This document shows positions 8,167 to 17,556 of a stretch of DNA of 28,238 bases, in pieces. The DNA is taken from positions 1-28,238 of the IMG/VR virus record IMGVR_UViG_3300020045_005584; one strand, 5' to 3'. The notes below the pieces were generated by a model that did no database searches, had not been told where the DNA came from, and worked only from the letters and a program-made list of their open reading frames with translations. The stretch comes from a virus (lineage: Duplodnaviria; Caudoviricetes). Positions within the stretch are counted from its first letter, which is position 1. Each line of letters begins with the position of its first letter. The position numbers and the translations under genes are program-made.

Positions 8167-8531
8167 GCCTCTACCTCAACAGGGTCTCGATAAACAGCGC
8201 AGTTTGAGATCATCCCCAAAGGTTCCGGACCCACAGCAGGATCGACCTCAACGTAGAACATCTTCTGGCCATCCCACTCGATGTCGATGATCTCGCAGGT
8301 TTGAGCGCCGCCGTTATCCTTGATGTACTGGAGAGCGGCGGCGTAGGCTTCATCGAAGCTGGCCCTAAAATACGAGCCAAGCGTTGGGCAATTGGTGTAC
8401 CCAACAAAATCCTCGATTACCAGAGCATCTGGATTGCCGCCTTTGCCGAGGGTTGTCAAAACTTCAATTGCGTTGTCGCGGATTGTGTAGCCGTCTTTCA
8501 GTTTGCATATTGTTGTGATTAAGCCACTCAT
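8163..8531 (-). CDS. hypothetical protein (122 aa)
   Basis: GAGGT RBS; starts 1 nt after the previous stop; acidic. No family recognised. Confidence 0.7.
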   Translation of the reverse strand: MSGLITTICKLKDGYTIRDNAIEVLTTLGKGGNPDALVIEDFVGYTNCPTLGSYFRASFDEAYAAALQYIKDNGGAQTCEIIDIEWDGQKMFYVEVDPAVGPEPLGMISNCAVYRDPVEVEA

Positions 8532-8532
8532 T

Positions 8533-8733
8533 CTATACCTCGCTCTTCATCAATCTATTCCAACTGACAACAGCATCATATTCATTTTCACACTGCTTCC
8601 CTCTAGCTCTGCATTGAGGGCATAATAATTGATATGTATATGTCCATTTTAAAATGTGGAATCTTTTAATAACACGGTGTCTCGTCTTGCAAATAGCACA
8701 ATTAGATGGATAAGGAAATTTTGGAATGATCAT
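8533..8733 (-). CDS. Lar-like (restriction alleviation) zinc-finger protein, 66 aa
   Basis: Start at ATG 8733 (ATGA overlap). The CAIC...CPQC...DAVVSWNR pattern matches the Lar family CxxC..CxxC..A...WN. AT-rich. Confidence 0.55.
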   Translation of the reverse strand: MIIPKFPYPSNCAICKTRHRVIKRFHILKWTYTYQLLCPQCRARGKQCENEYDAVVSWNRLMKSEV

Positions 8734-10280
8734 GCGACACCCCAATGAGCCTTTGCCCATGCCATCGGATCAGTGATTCCGGATGGGATCGGCACGCAGT
8801 CGAATAGACTGATATTGCCGGTATATTGGCTAGCACTGTTAAGCGCACCTAGTCGATAGGTAGAAGCTATCGGAGCACTGTCTTTTGCTAAGGGGGTTGA
8901 GTTCCCAGTACTATTTACAATCGACCCCCAAGAGGTAGTAAACTGTCTAGCTGATACCTGCATATTGGCGGAAGATTTCACAGCAATTAAGTCAATAGGG
9001 ATATTAGCATTTAAATTTGGCATAATTACTGTGCTATCGACATTCACACCTCCAGCCCTCACCCTAAAGATTATAGATGGTGAATATATCCAAATTCCAG
9101 TATAATTATCAGAGTCAATATATGTTGAGATCAACCAAGGATATAAAAGCCCACTAGCCCTCGGCACAACAATCATCCGAATAGCAAAATTATTTGCCGG
9201 TATTTTACCGGCAGTAGGAAACGATGCTATTGTTGGGGCTCGGACCATTGGAGTAGTTGTAGTATAAATACGCGACGTCTTAAACACTCCGAGTTCAAGC
9301 TGTACCCACGTATTCGTTCCACTTGCAGTGAGGGCTACAGTTCCAGCGATTGTGATGGTGATTGTTGCAGGTGCGCCATTACTCGCTGTGCCGAATGTTC
9401 CGACAGCAGTTCCAGCAGTCGCCGCAATAGAGCCTGCACCTTCTTGCCAAAGGGTGTATGTTCCAACAGCGATAGTTCCCGTGGTGTGTGTCGCAGGTGT
9501 CGCTGAGTTGAGCGCGTAGTTCGTCCGCACCGGCTCACACAACCAACCTGGAGCTTTCAGCGGATCGCTGATATCAAACTTGTCGAAAGTTTCGGCAAAG
9601 GTTTTAGCTGTCCAGTCTGTGTTGTAGGTTACAGTTTTCTGTGGCGTTGAGGGGAGGATTGGATTGCCAGATTCGTCGGTGTTGAGATAGGCGACTCCAT
9701 CCTGCCGCATCCCCTGCACTGCCGGACGATTCGCGCCAGGACTTCGCAGCACTCCCAAGTGATCAGGTACGTAAGTGGGGCCACCAGTGTATGTGGCAAG
9801 GCGGAAGTCCATGCCATTAAAGAAGGCGGAGGGAGACACGTCAATCTGATCCTCGCGCAGCACCTTCAACGCCTTGTTTAAGGTCACAAGAGGTGTATCC
9901 TGAGCATAAATAGCAAGTCTTCCAGTCTCAGTATCCGCACTCACCAAATGGAACAAGATACTCCACTGGTTAACACTCGACCAGGCAGCAATCTCGCTTG
10001 CAAGCACGGCAACAGGATCGCCAGCAGCATCGTAAAAGATGTTTCCGACACCACTAACCCAGCCTGTAGCTGCGCGAATATCAGCATCAGCGGGCAGGAG
10101 GAACATCCACCTGATAATGGTGTCGTCGCCGATCTCGGTGTCATCGCCTAGAGGAACGTCAGCGGCTTCAAGGTTAGGGCGGCCTAGGTAGAGGAGGAGG
10201 CCAGCGCGGGGGAGCGACAACCCTGCGTTCATATGCGGGAAAGCTTGACGCCTGCTGCTTCTAGAAAGACCCCTAAACAT
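8730..10280 (-). CDS. virion fibre/spike-like protein with C-terminal LamG/ConA-like domain
   Basis: GWLCEPVRTNY and VQLELG..TSRIYTT..VRA motifs recur in phage fibre/spike proteins. Beta-sandwich C-terminus YRLG....YTGNI. Confidence 0.6.
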   Translation of the reverse strand: MFRGLSRSSRRQAFPHMNAGLSLPRAGLLLYLGRPNLEAADVPLGDDTEIGDDTIIRWMFLLPADADIRAATGWVSGVGNIFYDAAGDPVAVLASEIAAWSSVNQWSILFHLVSADTETGRLAIYAQDTPLVTLNKALKVLREDQIDVSPSAFFNGMDFRLATYTGGPTYVPDHLGVLRSPGANRPAVQGMRQDGVAYLNTDESGNPILPSTPQKTVTYNTDWTAKTFAETFDKFDISDPLKAPGWLCEPVRTNYALNSATPATHTTGTIAVGTYTLWQEGAGSIAATAGTAVGTFGTASNGAPATITITIAGTVALTASGTNTWVQLELGVFKTSRIYTTTTPMVRAPTIASFPTAGKIPANNFAIRMIVVPRASGLLYPWLISTYIDSDNYTGIWIYSPSIIFRVRAGGVNVDSTVIMPNLNANIPIDLIAVKSSANMQVSARQFTTSWGSIVNSTGNSTPLAKDSAPIASTYRLGALNSASQYTGNISLFDCVPIPSGITDPMAWAKAHWGVA

Positions 10281-10282
10281 AA

Positions 10283-10570
10283 TTATTTAACCAAGCCAAT
10301 ATCTATGGCTGCGGCTGTAATTGTCTTAGCTATTTTATAATTACCATATCCAGCAATGATAGCTGATGGTTGTTTTTGAGAGAGGACAATACCCACTCCG
10401 TCTTTGTTGACAGCTGGAAGGTACGTTCCATCAGGATACTCCTCGTACAAAGTCACAAACTCCTTATCGCCAAGCTTGGCGATAATCTTGCATTCCCCAA
10501 ACAGCTCAAAGGCTGTACAATCATCTGCTGTGACTGCTGCGGCTGTAGCCGCCCCCAGTAAAAGATCCAT
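10283..10570 (-). CDS. hypothetical protein (95 aa), probably structural accessory
   Basis: Strong GAGGAGG RBS; first gene after a sigma70-like promoter. Confidence 0.75.
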   Translation of the reverse strand: MDLLLGAATAAAVTADDCTAFELFGECKIIAKLGDKEFVTLYEEYPDGTYLPAVNKDGVGIVLSQKQPSAIIAGYGNYKIAKTITAAAIDIGLVK

Positions 10571-10599
10571 AGATTCCTCCTCAGTTATTTCTTTCCTTC

Positions 10600-10629
10600 A
10601 GAATACTCAACATCCTGCACGGCTGTCAA
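10600..10629 (-). promoter_or_regulatory. sigma70-like promoter for the accessory block
   Basis: TTGACA-N18-TATTCT in the intergenic gap. Confidence 0.6.
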
Positions 10630-10660
10630 GCCCGAACAAATGAAGCAAGTCTGAACGCTC

Positions 10661-11050
10661 TTAGCGGCTCGTTTTATTACCAGAGATAAGTAACTCTAGC
10701 GTTCCTAATATCTTACATTGAACGCTTTTAATGTCACTTATCTCTCCTCGCACTATCTGTACTTCCTCAAGCCATTTTATATGAAGATCGCTAACTCTCT
10801 TGTCAACTATAGCAACTATTTCCTTCTGGCATGATTTAGTAATCTGCTCATGCTCTCCGACTGTAATCAACTCACGCTCTTTTAGTTCAGCCAACTCTTT
10901 CTCTACGTCACTCAATCTTTTATACATCCCAAAAGCTTTCCATAGTAATAAAACTGCTGAAGCGGCATACCCGCTACCAAGAAACTTCATCCAAGGAATA
11001 GAAGATTTGATATACTCCAAATCTTCACTAGAGATAGGCTTGAGGTCCAT
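10661..11050 (-). CDS. single-TM coiled-coil protein, holin/anti-holin-like
   Basis: Hydrophobic FLGSGYAASAVLLLWKAFGMY followed by a coiled-coil containing two Cys; located after the tail genes; RBS AGGAG. Confidence 0.5.
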   Translation of the reverse strand: MDLKPISSEDLEYIKSSIPWMKFLGSGYAASAVLLLWKAFGMYKRLSDVEKELAELKERELITVGEHEQITKSCQKEIVAIVDKRVSDLHIKWLEEVQIVRGEISDIKSVQCKILGTLELLISGNKTSR

Positions 11051-11093
11051 GGATGGCTCCTAAAATTTTGGCGGATGATTTTGTTTCTATAAT

Positions 11094-11558
11094 TTATACA
11101 GTAGATTTAGGATTAGTCAACTTCTTTATGCACAAATAACCTCTGCGCTCCCAGCCGATTTTCTCCAGTATTCGAGCATAGACATTGTTAATGTCGCTAT
11201 GATTTCCGGTTGCTTTTACCGTAGATATATTCAGCATCATCGCTTCTTGCTCCATGGCCGAATGAAGCTCGACAACATCTCTATATGCTCTAACCCCAGT
11301 ATTGCTTGAACAGTAATAGATCTGCTGCAGGAAGGGTTCCGGGTCATGATATGTTCTATTAATTATAGCTATGATCCATGCTTCAATCTTGTCATCTTGG
11401 TTTAATTTTACTCGGAAGAATCTCCCCTGCTGAAGGGATAAAGAGAGCATCTTGATAGAATATGCCTTATCGATATGAAGAAAGCTATCTTCATTGATGA
11501 CCATATACATATCAACGCAAGCAGCAATATCTTCAACCCCCCTAGGTTTAATTACCAT
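11094..11558 (-). CDS. GNAT-fold acetyltransferase-like protein
   Basis: IKPRGVEDIAACVDMY start, beta-strands IEAWIIA and LQQIYYCS, and C-terminal RILEKIGW are typical of the GNAT layout. Confidence 0.55.
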   Translation of the reverse strand: MVIKPRGVEDIAACVDMYMVINEDSFLHIDKAYSIKMLSLSLQQGRFFRVKLNQDDKIEAWIIAIINRTYHDPEPFLQQIYYCSSNTGVRAYRDVVELHSAMEQEAMMLNISTVKATGNHSDINNVYARILEKIGWERRGYLCIKKLTNPKSTV

Positions 11559-12142
11559 TGAATTGCCTCCACTTCTTCTAATGTCTCTGCCTGCTGTAGC
11601 TGAGTCTGCAATGTCTGGTTCTTGGATAAATGCCCCAGTATAGCAGTTTTACCATCAAGTCCAACTTGTTGAATCTGAGAAGCTGTATGCTCTACATACT
11701 GCCAATCGTTATCTATCGAACACCAGAATGGCGTAGTCCAGTCTTCGGGTAGATTTGGGTAGAAACTGGATGTAACGCTGGCATTAAGGTTGGCTTGGTC
11801 AGTTTCTTTAGACGGGTAATGATAAGAAATACCTAAAGCAAACGATTCAAAGCCTGAGACTATAGATTGCTTGCAGTCAGCATCAAGAGATACTGACTTC
11901 TTGGCCCTAGCCTCCTCAAAAGCTTCGCTGCTGAGGGTCCATGTCTTTGAATCATAGTCAAAGACATGGAACTCTGATGGTCTAGCTGGATATTCAACAG
12001 GCTGCTCATCTTCAATGTAATATTTTGTGTCGCCGAACTGCCCTTCAACAACATAGAACATGAAATAGAAAACTTCATCCTGGCATACCCCAGTAGAAAG
12101 TATTCTTCCAGTCTCTGGATCATATTTTGTATAATGTTTCAT
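11552..12142 (-). CDS. tail fibre assembly-type protein with DUF4376 domain
   Basis: RPSEFHVFDY..KTW; ADCKQSIVSGF..ALG..YHYPS..TDQANL; FWC; HTASQIQQVG; terminal EEVEAIQW. Confidence 0.8.
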   Translation of the reverse strand: MKHYTKYDPETGRILSTGVCQDEVFYFMFYVVEGQFGDTKYYIEDEQPVEYPARPSEFHVFDYDSKTWTLSSEAFEEARAKKSVSLDADCKQSIVSGFESFALGISYHYPSKETDQANLNASVTSSFYPNLPEDWTTPFWCSIDNDWQYVEHTASQIQQVGLDGKTAILGHLSKNQTLQTQLQQAETLEEVEAIQW

Positions 12143-15100
12143 TTTTTAGTCTCAAGAGCTGTTATAGTATTATGAGAGGCGTATGAGGAGTGACTAGAGC
12201 TGTCCTTAGTAAAGTATAGCTTGTAGCTATGTGTTCCACCTGATGGAGCATCAATAATGCTAATATATGACGCATTAATAGTTGTCACACCTCCATCATC
12301 TGTAACTGATAACTTTGCTACAGTAGCAGCATCTATCAGAGTAACTGAAGAGTCTCTGATAATAGTTACCTTAATAGCGACACTACCTCTGGATGTACTC
12401 AACTCTAGTATTGAAGAAAACTCAAGCGTGATAGGTGCCCCTGTGGAATTTAGTGTTAGCTCTTGAACCTGTGTCGCAGTTGTTCCAATTGAAACTGCTG
12501 CAGCAGTGTAGGATGAACTCGGTATAGTCACAGCTTGATCTGCCAGCTGCAGTGTGTCTACTGCTAAATCCCCTATAACGCCAGAAGCTGCAGTTATTGT
12601 CTTAGACACAAGGCTTGATGCCTGCACAGACGCAGTATAGATTTTCCCCCCATCTATCTTGGTTGTATCTGTAGCTGCCCAAGCAGCAATATCAGCTGCG
12701 GACACACTGCCAACATTTGTACCAGTTGGAGCGCCAACAGTAGCTCCTGCTGCTGCGGTAGATTTCTCAAGTCTAATGATAGTTATTGTGTCTGTCAATC
12801 CAGAGGGGGTAGTCACAGTCACTACAACTTGAGTATTGGTAGAGAAGGTTGCAGCTGATAGAGTTTTACTGTCTCCTGTACCAGAAACTAGGCTAGGAGT
12901 AGAAGTCCAAGTAATAGTCTCTGCAGTATTATTTTTAACAACTGCCAGAGTTATGTCAGCTTGCCCGGAGTCCAACGTACCGTCTGTTGCTTTAAAGGTT
13001 TGCCGGGAAGCTGTGAGTATGAGTGCTGGTCCAGCTGCTCCTGTAGCGCCAGTCTCCCCCTTTATTTTTGTAGACCCGCCGTAAGTCCAGGTGGCTCCAT
13101 TATCAGTACTCGAACCTGATCTCATATAGACATCAGAAGTAGTTGGGGTATCATGCCACAAAGTTGAACCGTCTATACTAAATTGAACCCTCGCCCCTGT
13201 AGACGGAGTCCCGACTTTAGCCGGAGTACTCCAGACAGATTGTTGAGGTGAGAGCCCATCACTAGTAAAAATTCTCGTAGTCTGCCAAAGAGGCTGGTTA
13301 TTATCTGCAGGAATCCCGTCGCTCCATCCGGTCGCATTTGGAGAAGAGAAGGTTCCTCCTACAGGAGTTGAAGGCTGAGTAGCAGCCCTGAGAAACGAGA
13401 CTCCTTTAACTTGCCCCTGGCCTGCAGCCCCATTGGTTCCGGTTAAACCTGTAGCGCCAGTCTTAGACTTAGAGAAACTTTGCACTCTCTCAATACTGAA
13501 AGTTTGCCCAGTAGATGCAGTTCCCGTAATAGTGTAGGTTATTTTAGATACATCTGTTCCTGCAGCTACCCCGCTGTGCTGCCCTATTGTAACATAAACC
13601 CCACTATCTGTTATTGTGCCTACTATAATATTGGTAGGGCTTGCGGTTATTTTGTAGGTAGAGACACTTCCCCCAACCCCGTCATAAACTATCTCCTCGG
13701 TTCCTTCATATACATGAACGTTAGTCCCAGAGTATAGATATGAAGAGACTGTGCCGTCTACCGTTGCAGGGAAAACGTGAACTTCATTACTTAAAACTGC
13801 GTTAATAGCAGTATCAAGATCGAGAGCGGCCCTTACAGCATCTGGGTTAGTAATTGTTACCTCCCCAGTAAACGACCCTGTGCCTGCAGTGATTACAGGA
13901 GATACCATCTCTATTGCTGCGGTTATGGTTCCTGCAGTTATTTTTTCTGCTGCAAGGCTCTCTATCTTGGCATTTGTGATGGTAGCATCTGCAATATCTG
14001 TTCCGCCGTCAATTTTTCCTGTATAGCCAATAGAAGGCCCAGCAGATGTTTCAGAAATTCCTCCTCCATTGGCCTGCTCTTTTACCCAATATACAAACCT
14101 TTTATCTATGCCTACTGGGTGAACAAAGACTTCTACTCCAGCTACAGAGGCAACAATTTCAGACTCAGCAAAGATAGGGGGCACAGTCTCCCCTAGAGGG
14201 TATTCAGCAGCATAGACAAGTGACGCCTTATGACCGCCTCCCCCCGTATAAAAAGGGCTCTCCCAGGTAATAAAAATATTGGTGAACGCACCTACAACAT
14301 CCAGGTTTGCTGGAGCAGGGGGAATAAACTGGTCAGAGAACTGCGCCCAAAACTCCAATTCGACGCTACCTATTAATGTTGGTTCAGACTCAATGCCTGC
14401 TGTACTTTTATTTGTTACCCAATAGAACAACTCCCCGTATACGCTAGGGGTATCTGTAAATGAGGTTGACGACTCAAGACTTATTACTTTTTGGGCAAGC
14501 GCAAAATCTTCTACCGAGGCCCGGTACACAACAGAGGCATAGTGATTTGAATACACGGACCCATCTGGTCGATTCGTAGGTATCGTCCAGTCTATAGAAA
14601 CTGATTGATTTAAGTCCCCAGTTACTGCAATGCTAACGGCCACAGGCGCAGGGGGGACTGATCTAATTAGTGAGGTTACAGAGGTAGTCTGTATTTCTGA
14701 CCTTGCTCCTGAAGCAACAAGAACAGTTTTGACTCCAAATAAAACACTCGCCTCCGAAATGTTGGGCAGATCGAACCTAGTGGTTGAGGACTGTCCTAAC
14801 AGCCTCCACAGTTGAAGCCCGGTGTCTGACTCATCTCCAGGGATTCCAACGTAAACCTCATAGTATATAGAGCGACTTTCATACACTCCTGCCCAGGTCA
14901 AGTAGCCTGGAGCGTCCACAAGGAGGGAATCTCCAGGATTATACTCAACCCACATAGGAGCTTGTAAGGCTGTGTTTGCTACTGGTAGAGGTTTAGCATA
15001 GTAATTGTCATCTACATTCCAAGCTAATTGAGTACTATCAAACCGAGTACCTTCAATAACAACAGTCCTAGCACTTGTTACTTTAGCTTTATCGATTCTG

Positions 15101-16986
15101 ACAAAAAGATCATTATCAATTCCAAGGTCTATGTCTAAAACTGATAGTTTAATAACATCCCCAGGCTCAGGGTAGCGATCCTCAAGCATATAAGTAAATG
15201 ATACAGCATGAGCTGTTCTGCTTACCCGTACTTGTTCTTCTATTTTTGCCAGAGCATGATAATAATCAGTAATGCCGTCTAAAGTAATGTCCATCTCTAA
15301 TGGTATATGGTTATCTTCAGCCAACATTTCATCGTATACCGCAGTATCTTTTTCGACTGTAATAAACTCAGAATAAGATATATCACGAGTAGTCCAGAAC
15401 TGTGTACCATCAGGGGCTTTTAATGTAGCGGCTACACCGCTTCTTTTTAGCTGAGTGGAATTAGCGGATATAGATATAGTATACACTGTGTTCTCGGCCA
15501 GCACTACATTTGCAGTAGACTTAGACTTATTCCTCCAATCTGCAACTCCTGATTGAGTTATATTGACAACTCCAGGTAAGTCTCCACCAGTTATAGTTAT
15601 TGTCCCGCTATAGTCTAGAATCCCTGTTAAAGTATACGTTCCTGCTACCGTAGGCACAATCTTCCATACAAAAGTTTTCGCCCCATAACTTCCTTCCCAC
15701 ACCCCATAATCATTAATAAAAGCTCCAGCAGTAGAGGAGTCCCACCCACTTACTTCAGAATACAGCCTTCCATTGATCCCCTCAAAATCTTCACCTTCTA
15801 TTTTATAAGGCCATGAAACCGTGTCTATTTTAAAATCATTGCTTTCGTTAGAGAATCTGGCTGTAGCGAAGTTCAGTCTTTGGTCAGCCGGAGTCCAGGC
15901 TATAGAAATAGGTTCGCCAAGAACTAGCCGATCCTCAGTAACAGTATCAACGACTACAATGCCATCATTAGTTTCTGGATACTGGAGAGAGAGTTTGTAG
16001 ACTCCTTGTGACCAAACAAGCCGGGCGTCCCCCATACACTGGAGCAACGAAGTAACATTTTCTCTGTAAGGCTTCTTTGTGTCTATTAGAATATTGGCCT
16101 CATACAGGGGAAGCGCTCTTGTTGCTACCAACCGAGAGCCATCAGAGGGCTGGTAAATGGACCCGCCACAAGGGGCAGACTCCCTGACAACGGTATCACA
16201 GACTGCCGCTGCAGCTTCAAAGGAACCGAGGTCTAGGGAGGACTCGGGGAATTTTCTTTCAGTCAACAAATAGTCAAGCAAAACCCATGCCGGGTTATTT
16301 GAATAAGTAGCAACGCTCCAAGGCTGAAGAACCCCATCAATAACCCTGCGCACAGCTACGCCCTCAGCAAATACAGAGACAGCCGGAACGCTAGAAAACT
16401 GTGGATCATCCCTATCTAATTTAACCACTGTTGATAAATAAGCGCAGTCCGTGAATCTTGCCTCTTGCCTATTCTGCACTTGGTTGTTAATGAGACTGCA
16501 ACTAGCGCCACCTTTATAATGAATGTCTACTCTAAACCCTGTAGTAGACTTTGTTAAATCTGGGTCAGTTAATTTTCTATTGTCATCAATAGTTACATCA
16601 TAAACCTTAGTCAGTCCTCGTTTACAAATTGCTTGCTGGAAAATAAGGTACTCGTTCTTCTCCCCTTTAACAGTTTTTGGTAAGGTGGTTGGCAGTACAA
16701 GCGATCCAGCTTTAAAGGACTTATCCGCGTTGCCAGCTACATGAACATATGAAGAGGCAGTAGCATGGAAAACCCTGACCCCCCCTACTTTCCCCTTACC
16801 GTACAAAATTGGCAATACAGAAACTTCCCCTTCAGTAGTCAGCTCAAAACCTTTGCGCTGGTCTGCAAGTTCATCTGCTCTGCGCTGAGCTTCTGCAGCT
16901 TTTTTCTTTGCTGCCTGCTGCTGTGTATATTGGTAGCCGGCATTAAGAATTGTAACGGCCACTACAAAGGCTGTAAATAAACTCAT
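12139..16986 (-). CDS. tail tip / central fibre protein (lambda gpJ-like, host specificity)
   Basis: PILYGKGKVGG; YSNNPAWVLLDYL; PLYEANILID; FN3-like repeats; DATITNAKIESLAAEKITAGTI; collagen-like G-X-Y; VDTLQLADQAVTIP C-terminal domain. Confidence 0.88.
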   Translation of the reverse strand: MSLFTAFVVAVTILNAGYQYTQQQAAKKKAAEAQRRADELADQRKGFELTTEGEVSVLPILYGKGKVGGVRVFHATASSYVHVAGNADKSFKAGSLVLPTTLPKTVKGEKNEYLIFQQAICKRGLTKVYDVTIDDNRKLTDPDLTKSTTGFRVDIHYKGGASCSLINNQVQNRQEARFTDCAYLSTVVKLDRDDPQFSSVPAVSVFAEGVAVRRVIDGVLQPWSVATYSNNPAWVLLDYLLTERKFPESSLDLGSFEAAAAVCDTVVRESAPCGGSIYQPSDGSRLVATRALPLYEANILIDTKKPYRENVTSLLQCMGDARLVWSQGVYKLSLQYPETNDGIVVVDTVTEDRLVLGEPISIAWTPADQRLNFATARFSNESNDFKIDTVSWPYKIEGEDFEGINGRLYSEVSGWDSSTAGAFINDYGVWEGSYGAKTFVWKIVPTVAGTYTLTGILDYSGTITITGGDLPGVVNITQSGVADWRNKSKSTANVVLAENTVYTISISANSTQLKRSGVAATLKAPDGTQFWTTRDISYSEFITVEKDTAVYDEMLAEDNHIPLEMDITLDGITDYYHALAKIEEQVRVSRTAHAVSFTYMLEDRYPEPGDVIKLSVLDIDLGIDNDLFVRIDKAKVTSARTVVIEGTRFDSTQLAWNVDDNYYAKPLPVANTALQAPMWVEYNPGDSLLVDAPGYLTWAGVYESRSIYYEVYVGIPGDESDTGLQLWRLLGQSSTTRFDLPNISEASVLFGVKTVLVASGARSEIQTTSVTSLIRSVPPAPVAVSIAVTGDLNQSVSIDWTIPTNRPDGSVYSNHYASVVYRASVEDFALAQKVISLESSTSFTDTPSVYGELFYWVTNKSTAGIESEPTLIGSVELEFWAQFSDQFIPPAPANLDVVGAFTNIFITWESPFYTGGGGHKASLVYAAEYPLGETVPPIFAESEIVASVAGVEVFVHPVGIDKRFVYWVKEQANGGGISETSAGPSIGYTGKIDGGTDIADATITNAKIESLAAEKITAGTITAAIEMVSPVITAGTGSFTGEVTITNPDAVRAALDLDTAINAVLSNEVHVFPATVDGTVSSYLYSGTNVHVYEGTEEIVYDGVGGSVSTYKITASPTNIIVGTITDSGVYVTIGQHSGVAAGTDVSKITYTITGTASTGQTFSIERVQSFSKSKTGATGLTGTNGAAGQGQVKGVSFLRAATQPSTPVGGTFSSPNATGWSDGIPADNNQPLWQTTRIFTSDGLSPQQSVWSTPAKVGTPSTGARVQFSIDGSTLWHDTPTTSDVYMRSGSSTDNGATWTYGGSTKIKGETGATGAAGPALILTASRQTFKATDGTLDSGQADITLAVVKNNTAETITWTSTPSLVSGTGDSKTLSAATFSTNTQVVVTVTTPSGLTDTITIIRLEKSTAAAGATVGAPTGTNVGSVSAADIAAWAATDTTKIDGGKIYTASVQASSLVSKTITAASGVIGDLAVDTLQLADQAVTIPSSSYTAAAVSIGTTATQVQELTLNSTGAPITLEFSSILELSTSRGSVAIKVTIIRDSSVTLIDAATVAKLSVTDDGGVTTINASYISIIDAPSGGTHSYKLYFTKDSSSHSSYASHNTITALETKK

Positions 16987-16995
16987 TATGGCTCC

Positions 16996-17556
16996 TTATT
17001 TTTTGCCCCAGCGCAATACTACTGAGCCGGAACCTTCATATATTTGGTCAAAAGAAGTGTCTCCTGAAGACAGACTCCTAATGTATTGTTTGCTTGTATA
17101 GTATGGGTTAGAGTCATCAAGAGATGCCATAAGATTTGAGCAGCTGATAGTAGCTGTAGCTGATCCCTGCTGTGCTGTATCTACGTCATACGAATAACTC
17201 TCAACTATTCCTTTATACACTACAAATAAATGGTTTAGCTCTGGCTCCTCTGTGTAGTAATCTACAAAACCTGCTCTTACATTTATATCCGCTCCATTAA
17301 TACCTGACTCAAACACACTCATAAGGACGCGCTCAGAATCAGAGAATGACATCTTATACAAATCCCTATCAACGGTAGAGGTCATCTGTGGTTCATCGAT
17401 ACTCAGGATTAGGTTAGATGATGTATAGATTCCGTCATCTAAAACTAAGTTAGATGGGAAAGTAGTAAGCCTAATTCCGGCAACAGATATACACAAGAAT
17501 GAACTTATAGAGGGTTGATTAAACAGTTCAACTATTCTCTCATTAAGTATAATCAT
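16996..17556 (-). CDS. minor tail / baseplate hub protein (DUF2163-like)
   Basis: Lies between the distal tail and tip genes; VVYKGIVE; ATISCSN; terminal LRWGKK. Confidence 0.7.
   Translation of the reverse strand: MIILNERIVELFNQPSISSFLCISVAGIRLTTFPSNLVLDDGIYTSSNLILSIDEPQMTSTVDRDLYKMSFSDSERVLMSVFESGINGADINVRAGFVDYYTEEPELNHLFVVYKGIVESYSYDVDTAQQGSATATISCSNLMASLDDSNPYYTSKQYIRSLSSGDTSFDQIYEGSGSVVLRWGKK

Noticed and set aside
4726-12142. Diversity-generating retroelement or invertible tail-fibre shufflon
   Set aside because: No reverse transcriptase or recombinase in the window, and no template/variable repeat pair or flanking inverted repeats noticed by eye. A self-alignment would be needed to exclude this fully.
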